From Candidatus Korarchaeum cryptofilum OPF8 (GTDB lineage: Archaea > Korarchaeota > Korarchaeia > Korarchaeales > Korarchaeaceae), in the NCBI RefSeq assembly GCF_000019605.1, contig NC_010482.1, forward strand, positions 630,001-662,000: 32,000 nucleotides of DNA, given 5' to 3'. Positions within the stretch are counted from its first letter, which is position 1; each line of letters opens with the position of its first letter. The position numbers and the translations under genes are program-made. Positions 15,709 to 23,536 of the stretch are shown one piece after another. Under the pieces are notes generated by a model. That model searched no databases, was not told the DNA's origin, and saw nothing but the letters and a program-made list of their open reading frames with translations.

Positions 15709-16461
15709 TCAATCCATGTACCTTCCCCCATTGATGTTTATCACCTCTCCATTCACGTGATCGTTCTCTATCAGGAATATGACGGCATGAGCCACTTCCT
15801 CAGGCTTAGCTATCCTCCCCTGAGGGGAGAGCTCCGCTCCTCTCCTCTTTATCTCCTCCGAGAGGGCTGAAGTATCTACGGGCCCTGGAGCGACAGCGTT
15901 CACAGTTATATTGAAGGGAGCCAGCTCCCTGGCTAGAGCTCTAGTGAGCCCTATCACTCCCGCTTTTGATGCTGCGTAAGCCACGCCCACCGTACCTCCT
16001 TCCTTCCCAGCTATAGATGATATGTTCACTATCTTCCCCCTCCTCCTCTCTATCATGTGTCCCGCCACGGCTTTGCACATGAAGAAAACGCCCGTCAAGT
16101 TCACCCCGATTATCCTGTTCCACTCCTCCTCAGTTATCTCCTCTATCCTATAGAGCCTCGGCAAGACCCCAGCGTTATTGACCAATATATCCACGGAACC
16201 GAAGCTGGAGAGAGCTCGCTCGAATATCCTCAAGCAATCGCTTCGCTTCGATACATCCCCCTTGACCGCTAAAGCTTCCCTCCCCATCCTCCTTATTGCA
16301 GCTACAGTTTCCTCGGCCGATCTCTCATCCGATAGATAGTTTATCAGGACATCAGCTCCCCTCTCCGCTAGAGCTAGGGATATAGCTCTACCTATCCCCC
16401 TACTCCCTCCTGTGACTATGGCCTTGCTGCCCTCTATCCGCATACGCTTTCGGGGATTCAA
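15709..16461 (-). CDS. Classical SDR oxidoreductase (3-oxoacyl-ACP reductase/FabG-like)
   Basis: AIVTGGSRGIGRAI, NNAG, SSIAG...YAASKAG, PGPVDT. Confidence 0.85.
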   Translation of the reverse strand: MNPRKRMRIEGSKAIVTGGSRGIGRAISLALAERGADVLINYLSDERSAEETVAAIRRMGREALAVKGDVSKRSDCLRIFERALSSFGSVDILVNNAGVLPRLYRIEEITEEEWNRIIGVNLTGVFFMCKAVAGHMIERRRGKIVNISSIAGKEGGTVGVAYAASKAGVIGLTRALARELAPFNITVNAVAPGPVDTSALSEEIKRRGAELSPQGRIAKPEEVAHAVIFLIENDHVNGEVININGGRYMD

Positions 16462-16489
16462 AGGGGATAAATTTACCGCTCCACGATAC

Positions 16490-17056
16490 TCAGAGGCTCC
16501 CTTTATAGTGGGGGAAAGCCGGGCATCCGGGGCACAGCCCCTCCTTGAACCTGCCGCAAGAACCGCAATCTGCCCCGCATGGGACTTCTGATCTCTCGAC
16601 TATCCTTATTGGCAGATACTCCGGGTAGACTATGCTGCTTCCGACCATGACCTCGCTCCTCCTGACCCCTTCAGCTGTCCTGAGGGCGCAAACGGAAGTT
16701 ATGCTCTCCAGGACGTTGATGTCCTCAGCCACCATTATGGCAATTATGTTGTTCCCCCCTATCAGCCTGGAGAGGAAGATGAGCCTCGGACAGTCCCTAA
16801 ATTTCTCAATTATCTTCGAGATGCTCTTATCATCCGAAGCCTCTATTAGCACCACAGCGTGCCTCAGATCGAGGGCTCTGGGGCTTAAGCAAGCTGATAC
16901 CTTCATGACTCCTTCCTCAATTAATCTCATCACGTGCTTCCTCACAGCTACGTGCGTCATCCCGAGGGACTTCCCCATCTCCGAGTATGAGGCTCTCCCG
17001 TCCCTCTGGAGGATCCTCACTATCCTCCTCTCGACGGAGCTCAGCTTCCCGCGCAT
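16490..17056 (-). CDS. Lrp/AsnC-family transcriptional regulator with a C-terminal Cys-rich (DUF3795-like CGxDCxxC...CxGC) extension
   Basis: HTH RRIVRILQRDGRASYSEMGKSLGMTHVAVRKHVMRLIEEG, a RAM-like domain, then PCGADCGSCGRFKEGLCPGCPA. ATG 17056 is about 24.5 nt from the centre of the shared TATA. Confidence 0.75.
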   Translation of the reverse strand: MRGKLSSVERRIVRILQRDGRASYSEMGKSLGMTHVAVRKHVMRLIEEGVMKVSACLSPRALDLRHAVVLIEASDDKSISKIIEKFRDCPRLIFLSRLIGGNNIIAIMVAEDINVLESITSVCALRTAEGVRRSEVMVGSSIVYPEYLPIRIVERSEVPCGADCGSCGRFKEGLCPGCPAFPHYKGSL

Positions 17057-17065
17057 ATTCAAATT

Positions 17066-17091
17066 GTAACCATATCTTTTATAATGGTTAC
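17066..17091. promoter_or_regulatory. Bidirectional promoter: a single TATA (ttttataa, 17077-17084) flanked by a perfect 8-bp inverted repeat gtaaccat...atggttac
   Basis: The arms at 17066-17073 and 17084-17091 are exact reverse complements. The TATA centre is about 24.5 nt from minus-strand ATG 17056 and about 26.5 nt from plus-strand GTG 17107. Confidence 0.65.
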
Positions 17092-17106
17092 TAAATTTAT
17101 CCATCG

Positions 17107-17520
17107 GTGATGGCGATGCAGAGCTATCAATTGTTGCCGCACTGCGGGACTCATGCGGAGAACCTCATAATAGTGGCCACTTGCGATGGAGCATCTTCGG
17201 TGGGGCAGATAGGGAATGAAGTCGCGAGGATGCTCACGAAGGAGTTCCCGGATAAGGTGAGGATGTGTTGCCTATCAGCTGTAGCGGCCGGCTCGAAAAC
17301 TCACCTAGATATATTCAGAAAAGCTAGAGCTGTTCTAGCGATAAATGGATGCCAGCTGATGTGCGCATCCAACGTCCTGAAGCAGAAGGGGATAGAACCG
17401 GCTTACGAAGTCACGATCGCTAATGAGGGCGTCAGCAAAGTACCATCGCTGGATTTCTCATACGATGATGTCATGAGGATAGCTGAAAAGATAGTAGAGG
17501 ATTTCCTCAAGAAACTGTAG
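17107..17520 (+). CDS. DGC-domain (putative zinc-binding) protein
   Basis: IIVATCDGASSVGQ, MCCLSAV, AINGCQLMCAS. The Cys pattern and size (137 aa) fit the DGC domain family. The start is GTG 17107 or ATG 17110. Confidence 0.6.
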   Translation: MMAMQSYQLLPHCGTHAENLIIVATCDGASSVGQIGNEVARMLTKEFPDKVRMCCLSAVAAGSKTHLDIFRKARAVLAINGCQLMCASNVLKQKGIEPAYEVTIANEGVSKVPSLDFSYDDVMRIAEKIVEDFLKKL

Positions 17521-17569
17521 AGTTAAAAATTCTCAATATATACGATACGAGAGCAGCCTATGGCTTCGG

Positions 17570-18913
17570 CTACTTTCTTGTCAGATTTTTCACTTTTTCT
17601 ATCGATCCTCCCGTCGAGCGGTTTCTCCATGCATATGAGCCTAAATATTCAGCTATCCCCCTGTAGATTAGGGGGATGAGGAGAGCGATAAGCGGTAAGG
17701 GGAAAACAGCCGACGTTTTACGTTCACTGGAACTCTTCAGTTTGATCAGCCAGACGTCATAACCGGCCTTAGATGAATTCGTACCTCCCGTTATTATGTA
17801 GCCTCCATCGTCAGTTTGCTGAACCGAGAAACCCACATCGTCTTCGCTGCTTCCGAGGGTCTTGCTCCACTGTAAATTCCCATTCGAATCGGTCTTTATT
17901 AGGTAGACGTCATTCCTGCCGGATCCGGAGGAATTCGTGACTCCTACTATTATGTAGCCTCCATCACTAGTTTGATAAACGGACCACCCCGTATCATCTC
18001 CACTGCCCCCGAACGTCCTGCTCCATTGCATATTTCCGTTAGAATCGGTCTTTATGAGGTAGACATCTCTCTTGCCGGATCCGGAGGAATTTGTATAACC
18101 GGCTATTATGTAGCCTCCATCGCTGGTTTGCTGAACTGAGTAACCTTTATCATCTCCTCCGCCCCCGAGAGTCCTATTCCACTGAATATTTCCACTGGAG
18201 TCAGTCTTTATCAGGTAGACATCGTAGCCGCCGGACCCGAAGGAATCTGTATAACCGGCTATTATGTAGCCTCCATCGCTGGTTTGCTGGATCGACTCAC
18301 CTCTATCATGCCGGGTGCCTCCAAACGTCTTGCTCCATTGCATATTTCCGTTAGAATCCGTCTTTATGAGGTAAACGCCGGAGCTGCCGGCTCCGAAGGA
18401 ATTCGTGACTCCTACTATTATGTAGCCCCCATCTGCAGTCTGTTGGACTGATTCTCCCCAATCATAATTTTCACCTCCGAAAGTCCTATTCCACAGTAGA
18501 TTCCCGTCCGGATCCGTCTTTATTAGGTAGACGTCTGAGCCGTTGACTCCAAAGGAATTGGCCTCCCCTACTACTATGTAGCCCCCATCCGCAGTTTGAT
18601 AAACGGATTCTCCCCAATCAGTACTGCTGCCTCCGAAGGTCCTGCTCCACTGTAAATTCCCATTCGAATCGGTCTTTATTAGGTAGACGTCACCATAACC
18701 ATCTCCACGGGAGTACGTGATTCCGGCTATTATGTAGCCTCCATCACTAGTCTGTTGAACTGAGTAACCCCAGTCACTGCCACCGCCATCGAAAGTCCTG
18801 CTCCACTCTATTTCTGGCCCCTCTGATTCAAAGATAGCTAAATATAGGGAGCAAAAGAGGGCTATAGCGATGATGAGGGCTACTAATATGATGAGGGCTA
18901 TTATTCTCCTCAC
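17570..18913 (-). CDS. Membrane-anchored seven-blade beta-propeller protein (SBBP-type repeats)
   Basis: N-terminal TM anchor, then 7 tandem copies of the 52-aa unit W(S/N)(R/K)TFGG..D.G.SV.QT.DGGYII.G.TNS.G.G..DVYLIKTDSNGN.Q, then a C-terminal TM helix and a basic tail. GTG start with GGTGAGGGTG upstream. Confidence 0.75.
   Translation of the reverse strand: MRRIIALIILVALIIAIALFCSLYLAIFESEGPEIEWSRTFDGGGSDWGYSVQQTSDGGYIIAGITYSRGDGYGDVYLIKTDSNGNLQWSRTFGGSSTDWGESVYQTADGGYIVVGEANSFGVNGSDVYLIKTDPDGNLLWNRTFGGENYDWGESVQQTADGGYIIVGVTNSFGAGSSGVYLIKTDSNGNMQWSKTFGGTRHDRGESIQQTSDGGYIIAGYTDSFGSGGYDVYLIKTDSSGNIQWNRTLGGGGDDKGYSVQQTSDGGYIIAGYTNSSGSGKRDVYLIKTDSNGNMQWSRTFGGSGDDTGWSVYQTSDGGYIIVGVTNSSGSGRNDVYLIKTDSNGNLQWSKTLGSSEDDVGFSVQQTDDGGYIITGGTNSSKAGYDVWLIKLKSSSERKTSAVFPLPLIALLIPLIYRGIAEYLGSYAWRNRSTGGSIEKVKNLTRK
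17728..18805. repeat. Intragenic tandem repeat, period 156 bp, 7 copies (the propeller blades)
   Basis: For example, a 51-bp stretch ctgctccactgtaaattcccattcgaatcggtctttattaggtagacgtca is identical at 17862-17912 and 18642-18692, exactly 780 bp (5 periods) apart. Confidence 0.85.
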
Positions 18914-19181
18914 ACCCTCACCGCTAGCTATATTCGTTGATAATACTTAAGCCTTTCGCTAACGAAATTTTATATATAGCCAGCTATATATCTGTCTATG
19001 GTTATGTAGAAGAAACTACTAAAAGTTAAAGATATATTCAGGAACAACTATTTTGCCAACATTTTCAATGATTTCATCTTATAATTTTATCATCTGCTAG
19101 AGCGATGCCCTCAATGATATAACATCTCCTAATGCCATTAGTATCTGAAAGTGCATTAAGTTACGCCAATTTTCCTCGGAT

Positions 19182-19382
19182 TCATCTCCTCCCGTAGATC
19201 GCATCGAATGTATCCCTGGGAAGGAATATCCCCTTCCTTTTAACTCTATGCTTCTCCCTGTATTCCCTCTTGCACCTCTTACTGCAGAAGTGCTTGCCCC
19301 TCCACTCGAGTCCCTTGCCCCTGATGATCCTCCCGCAATTAGCGCACCTCTTAGCTGTTAGAAACTTCAACATCTCACTCAA
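19182..19382 (-). CDS. Small TRASH/L24e-like zinc-finger protein
   Basis: CANCGRIIRGKGLEWRGKHFCSKRCKREY is a CxxC...FCSxxC pattern followed by a basic tail. An alternative leaderless start is ATG 19373 (MLKFL...). Confidence 0.55.
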   Translation of the reverse strand: MSEMLKFLTAKRCANCGRIIRGKGLEWRGKHFCSKRCKREYREKHRVKRKGIFLPRDTFDAIYGRR

Positions 19383-19397
19383 GCTCTCCCGATGATG

Positions 19398-19409
19398 AAA
19401 ATAAAAAAA
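19398..19409 (-). terminator. T-tract (TTTTTTTATTTT on the minus strand) immediately after the ilvC stop
   Basis: Archaeal termination typically uses oligo-T. The tract abuts stop codon 19410-19412. It could also act as the TATA for the downstream zinc-finger gene. Confidence 0.5.
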
Positions 19410-20387
19410 TTAGGGTTCCCTGAATATTATCTCCCTTATCTTCCTCCCCGTCTCCTCTATCTTATGCTCACCTATCCTTTTCATCAGCTCCTCAATATTC
19501 CCCTCCTTGTAGAACTTCAGCCATTCCTTCGTGAACTCCCCGCTCACGACCCTCTCAGCATACGTCCTCATCTTCCTCTTGACCTCTTCATCTATCACCT
19601 TGTTCCCCACAGTCAGGCCCCCGTATCTAGCGGTCACTGAGACCCTCTCGAGCATCCCCTTCATCCCGTATCTCCATATGAGATCCATTATGAGCTTCGC
19701 CTCATTCAGAGCTTCGAAGTAAGCTACTTCAGGCTGATATCCCATCTCCACTAAGGTCTCCCATCCCTTCGTTATCAGCTCCATCAGGCCTCCAACTAAG
19801 ACGAGCTGCTCCCCTATCAAGTCGGTCTCGGTCTCCTCCTTGAAAGTAGTCTCTATAACTCCAGCCCTAGTGGCTCCGATCCCCTTGGCCAGGGCCAGGG
19901 CTCTAGCCTTAGCCTCGCCGGTCGCATCCCTGTGGACAGCGACTAGAGCTGGTACTCCCCTTCCCCTGAGGAACTCCTCCCTCACAGCTGCTCCCGGAGC
20001 CTTAGGTGCGACCATCACTATATCTACGGTCTCCTTGGGCCTTATCAATCCGTAGTGGATCGTGAAACCGTGAGCGAAATCCAAGGTAGAGCCGTCCCTC
20101 AGGTTCCTCTCCACCTCGCCCCAGACCTCCGGCTGAACCATGTCGGGGAGGAGGTAGAGTATCACATCAGCCCTGGAGACGGCTTCCCCTATCGGAAAGA
20201 CATCGAATCCCTCTCTCTTAGCCAGGTCGTATGAGCTCCCCTTCCTAGCTCCCACTATCACATCCAGTCCGCTGTCCCTCAAGTTAAGCGCCTGAGCCCT
20301 CCCCTGTATACCGTACCCCACTACAGCTATCCTCTTCCCCTTTAGGGGATCGAGACTCACCTCATTATCCGTATATATCTTAGCCAT
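19410..20387 (-). CDS. ilvC: Ketol-acid reductoisomerase
   Basis: MAKIYTDNE...[24 protein letters not shown] is the canonical KARI N-terminus. ATG 20387 is preceded by GGTGAGGAGG. The track's GTG 20396 overlaps the ilvN stop. Confidence 0.92.
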   Translation of the reverse strand: MAKIYTDNEVSLDPLKGKRIAVVGYGIQGRAQALNLRDSGLDVIVGARKGSSYDLAKREGFDVFPIGEAVSRADVILYLLPDMVQPEVWGEVERNLRDGSTLDFAHGFTIHYGLIRPKETVDIVMVAPKAPGAAVREEFLRGRGVPALVAVHRDATGEAKARALALAKGIGATRAGVIETTFKEETETDLIGEQLVLVGGLMELITKGWETLVEMGYQPEVAYFEALNEAKLIMDLIWRYGMKGMLERVSVTARYGGLTVGNKVIDEEVKRKMRTYAERVVSGEFTKEWLKFYKEGNIEELMKRIGEHKIEETGRKIREIIFREP

Positions 20388-20392
20388 CCTCC

Positions 20393-20659
20393 TCACCCCA
20401 GAATTGGATTCTCTAAGAGCTCATTCTCAATTAAATCGACGCTTTTAACTTCTGGTAGGCTATATATCTTCTTAGCGACCCATTTTATCTCCTCTGAGCC
20501 TCCATCCACCCTTATGAGGGCCACTATCTCCTTCCCTATGAACCTCACCTCGAACCCTCTGACCTCAGCCCTCCCTCTCCTGAGAGCGTTCACGACCCTC
20601 AGCAATTGATCAAGGCCTCCGAAGGCCCTGACGGATAATACCCTCTCCATTCTCACCAT
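20393..20659 (-). CDS. ilvN: Acetolactate synthase small (regulatory) subunit, minimal ACT-only form
   Basis: An 88-aa ORF lodged between ilvB and ilvC, overlapping both. It has an ACT-like pattern ([31 protein letters not shown]). The call rests on position plus a weak motif. Confidence 0.6.
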   Translation of the reverse strand: MVRMERVLSVRAFGGLDQLLRVVNALRRGRAEVRGFEVRFIGKEIVALIRVDGGSEEIKWVAKKIYSLPEVKSVDLIENELLENPILG

Positions 20660-22353
20660 CTCAAGCTCACCTCCATCCGGGGTGGGAGTATGGCTTCAGT
20701 GAGCCACTTCCCCGGCTGTACCCAAGGGAGCACTATGTCCTGCTCGCTATCGATCAGGAGATCCAGTATCAGGGGCTCATCGTTCCTTACTGCCCAATCT
20801 ACCTTCCTCTCTATCTCCTCATAGCTCTCCGGCCTGAAATATTCTATGTCATAAGCCTCAGCTATCTTCGAGAGGTCCGGGGATCCCCTGAACTCTGTCG
20901 CTATTACCCTTCCACCATAAAGGAACTTCTGCCAGTGTTTCACGAGCATCAGGGCTCTGTTATCGAATATAGCCTCGATGAACGGCAGGCCGTACTCCCT
21001 CACTAGAGCTAGATTGTTGAAGGTCATCTGGAAGGAGCCATCCCCATCTATGCACACCACCCTCCTTTCCCCAGCAGCTGCCTTAGCTCCTAGAGCAGCC
21101 GGAATCCCGAAGCCCATTGTCCCGAGGCCAGCGGAAGTTATGAAAGTTCCCGGCATCAGCACATCCCAGTGGAGCTCGGCCCACATCTGATGGCTCCCGA
21201 CGCCAGTCACAGTTATTGAATCCGGAGGCATCGCCCTCCTTATGGACTTCAGTATCTTCCAGGGAGCCATTCCGTTGAAGCTCCTGCTCCATTCCTCCAT
21301 CGCCCTCTCGAACTCCCTCCTTATCATCATAAGCCATTCTAAGTACCTCTCATCCCTCCTCTCCTCTATCAGGGAGAGCATCTTCCTGAGAGCTAACCTC
21401 AGATCCGAAGCTATGGCTATTTGAGTCCTCACGTTCTTGCCCAATTCACTCTCATCAATGTCTATATGGATTATTTTCTTCTTTGAGACCTCCTCAAAGC
21501 TCCCAACAGTCCTATCGGAGAACCTGGTTCCTAGAGCTAGGATAACGTCAGCATTTGCTAGAGCGGCGTCAGCCTCAGGCCTCCCGTGCATCCCGACCAC
21601 CCCTAGGACTAGGGGATGAGTTGAGGGGACGGATCCCTTCCCGGTCAGCGTAGTCACTATAGGCGCTCTCAAGAGCTCAGCTAACTTCAAGACCTCCTCA
21701 TGGGCTCCGGATATCCTCACACCTCCTCCCACTAAGATAACAGGTCTCTCAGCCTCCATGAGGACTCTGCAAGCTTCTCGAAGCTTGCCCTCATCGGGGA
21801 GCGGCGGCTCGTACTTAGAGAGGTCTACTGGAAGCTCACGCATTCCGCTAGGATGGGCTACCTGTACATCCCTGGGGAGATCGATCAAAGCGGGACCCGG
21901 CCTCCCCTTCATGGATATTCTGTAGGCCAATTCTATCGCTGGCACGGCTTCCTCCGGATCCCTAACCTGGTAAACGAACTTAGTTACTGGAGCCGCTATG
22001 CCGAATATATCGGCCTCCTGAAAGGCATCCCTCCCTAAAACGTTCGTTGAGACCTGTCCGGTTATCGCTAAAACGGGAGAGGAGTCCATATATGCATTAG
22101 TGAGTCCAGTTATTATGTTCGTAGCTCCCGGGCCGCTCGTCGTCAGCACCACGCCGGGAGTGCCCTTCACCCTCGCATAGGAATCGGCCGCATGAACAGC
22201 TCCCTGCTCGTGCCTGAACATCAGTATCCTGAAGTGCTCTCTGTGGTGGTAGAGGGCATCATAGAGGGGCATTATGGAGCCCCCTATGACTCCCATTATG
22301 TCCCTAACTTTGAGATCTCTGAACAAGGAAGCGATGAGGTCGACAACCCTCAT
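20653..22353 (-). CDS. ilvB: Acetolactate synthase large subunit
   Basis: The TPP enzyme pattern runs throughout (GVIGGSIMPLYDAL, TSGPGATN, GLGTMGFGIPAALGAKAA, IDGDGSFQM). The start is placed at ATG 22353 (MRVVDLIA...) because the TATA aaatttataaatag (revcomp of about 22415-22428) lies inside the longer track ORF. Confidence 0.92.
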   Translation of the reverse strand: MRVVDLIASLFRDLKVRDIMGVIGGSIMPLYDALYHHREHFRILMFRHEQGAVHAADSYARVKGTPGVVLTTSGPGATNIITGLTNAYMDSSPVLAITGQVSTNVLGRDAFQEADIFGIAAPVTKFVYQVRDPEEAVPAIELAYRISMKGRPGPALIDLPRDVQVAHPSGMRELPVDLSKYEPPLPDEGKLREACRVLMEAERPVILVGGGVRISGAHEEVLKLAELLRAPIVTTLTGKGSVPSTHPLVLGVVGMHGRPEADAALANADVILALGTRFSDRTVGSFEEVSKKKIIHIDIDESELGKNVRTQIAIASDLRLALRKMLSLIEERRDERYLEWLMMIRREFERAMEEWSRSFNGMAPWKILKSIRRAMPPDSITVTGVGSHQMWAELHWDVLMPGTFITSAGLGTMGFGIPAALGAKAAAGERRVVCIDGDGSFQMTFNNLALVREYGLPFIEAIFDNRALMLVKHWQKFLYGGRVIATEFRGSPDLSKIAEAYDIEYFRPESYEEIERKVDWAVRNDEPLILDLLIDSEQDIVLPWVQPGKWLTEAILPPRMEVSLRW

Positions 22354-22487
22354 CTGGGAACTTCTAGTTGGATCAACAATCCCACCCCTGAAGTGTGAAG
22401 TTTTAACATACCCTCTATTTATAAATTTTTCGCTCAAGTTAGTGCGCATAGCGATACGATTAAGAGGCCTCACTCTCAGAGGGAGCT

Positions 22488-23435
22488 ATGCGGTACAATC
22501 TGCTGCTCCCACTGATGATGCTTTCAATCCTACTGCTATCTGCCACTCCGAATAATACGCTTGAGCTGAGCAGCGGGAAGGTCGCTGTTATGTTCTGGAG
22601 CGAGCTCTGTTTCAACTGCGAGAGGATCCTGCCCGTATGGCGGAGCATAGAGAGAGATCCGCCCGCCGGAATCAAGGTAATAGATATTAAGCTCATTCCG
22701 GGCAAGAACGAAAATATTTTCGTCGAGTTTGGTATAAAGGAGACCCCAACTATAATACTATTCGAGAACGGGAGGGAGGTTAAGAGGATAAGTGGGTTGA
22801 GCGATGCCTCCGAGAGCTACCTGAGGGATTGGATAGAGGGGAAAAGTGGTCTTCAGTTGATAAGCTTTGCTTTCCCCGTACTGGGTGGTCTATTAGCTCT
22901 TTCCCCCTGCTCCCTCCCCATAATGATGTCCCTGACGCCTCTCGGGAGGTTCTCCAGGAGGAGGGATTACGCGACTTGTTTCATATCATCCGCGCTCGGC
23001 GTGATCTCACTGGGGATGGCCTTCCTCCTCATATCATCCCTGCTCAAGTTAGTCGTCAGGTGGATCATATACGCTTTAGCTCTCTTCAGCGTAACTTTGG
23101 GCATCTTCATGATCCTCTCCCCTGAGAAATCTTGCAGAATGACCGGGAAGGTTAAGAGTTCATTTACATGCTTCAGCCTCGGCTTCCTAGCGATGCAATG
23201 CAACCTGCCCCTGGTGATCGGTTCCTTCATGCTCTTGAGCGCTAGCGACTTCGCTCAGGGGATCGTGAACCTCATATCCCTCTCCTTAGGGATGAGCCTG
23301 ACTTTTCTAATAGTAGTCAGGACATCGAAGGGTATTTCAGCGAGGCTCTCGCCCTCGAGGAGCTTCAATGTGAGCAGGCTCGGTGGGGCCCTCCTCACTC
23401 TGATAGGATTATACCTCATAATTTCTAACATTTAG
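22488..23435 (+). CDS. Thioredoxin-like domain fused to a CcdA/DsbD-type transmembrane thiol-disulfide transporter
   Basis: Signal/anchor, Trx fold with WSELCFNCERI (CxxC) and ETPTIILFENG, then a polytopic domain with LSPCSLPIM and AMQCNLPLV (the two DsbD/CcdA Cys-x-x-Pro motifs). Confidence 0.7.
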   Translation: MRYNLLLPLMMLSILLLSATPNNTLELSSGKVAVMFWSELCFNCERILPVWRSIERDPPAGIKVIDIKLIPGKNENIFVEFGIKETPTIILFENGREVKRISGLSDASESYLRDWIEGKSGLQLISFAFPVLGGLLALSPCSLPIMMSLTPLGRFSRRRDYATCFISSALGVISLGMAFLLISSLLKLVVRWIIYALALFSVTLGIFMILSPEKSCRMTGKVKSSFTCFSLGFLAMQCNLPLVIGSFMLLSASDFAQGIVNLISLSLGMSLTFLIVVRTSKGISARLSPSRSFNVSRLGGALLTLIGLYLIISNI

Positions 23436-23536
23436 CCCATATTTTTATAATATATTTCCTTATTATTCCATGGATTTAAAATTTTCAAAGGTTATGGCCC
23501 CCTAATTTTCGTGAAAAACTTTTTAACATACGGAGG

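Noticed and set aside
16632-17069. Long antisense ORFs opposite real genes (e.g. 16632-17069, 8256-8600, 5729-6139, 10775-11128, 1876-2253, 12062-12448, 22829-23125).
   Set aside because: Each lies fully inside a gene with clear family motifs on the other strand. Their translations are low-complexity Ser/Leu/Pro/Arg-rich with no motifs. This is the expected mirror of AGG/GAG/CTC-rich codon usage.
17728-18805. Regularly spaced direct repeats that might be taken for a CRISPR array.
   Set aside because: The period is 156 bp with no unique spacers. The repeats are in-frame and encode the seven blades of one continuous ORF.
18914-19181. A/T-rich spacer as a replication origin.
   Set aside because: I could not find ORB or mini-ORB-like inverted repeats. 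No cdc6/orc1 gene is in the window. Promoter-rich upstream DNA explains it sufficiently.
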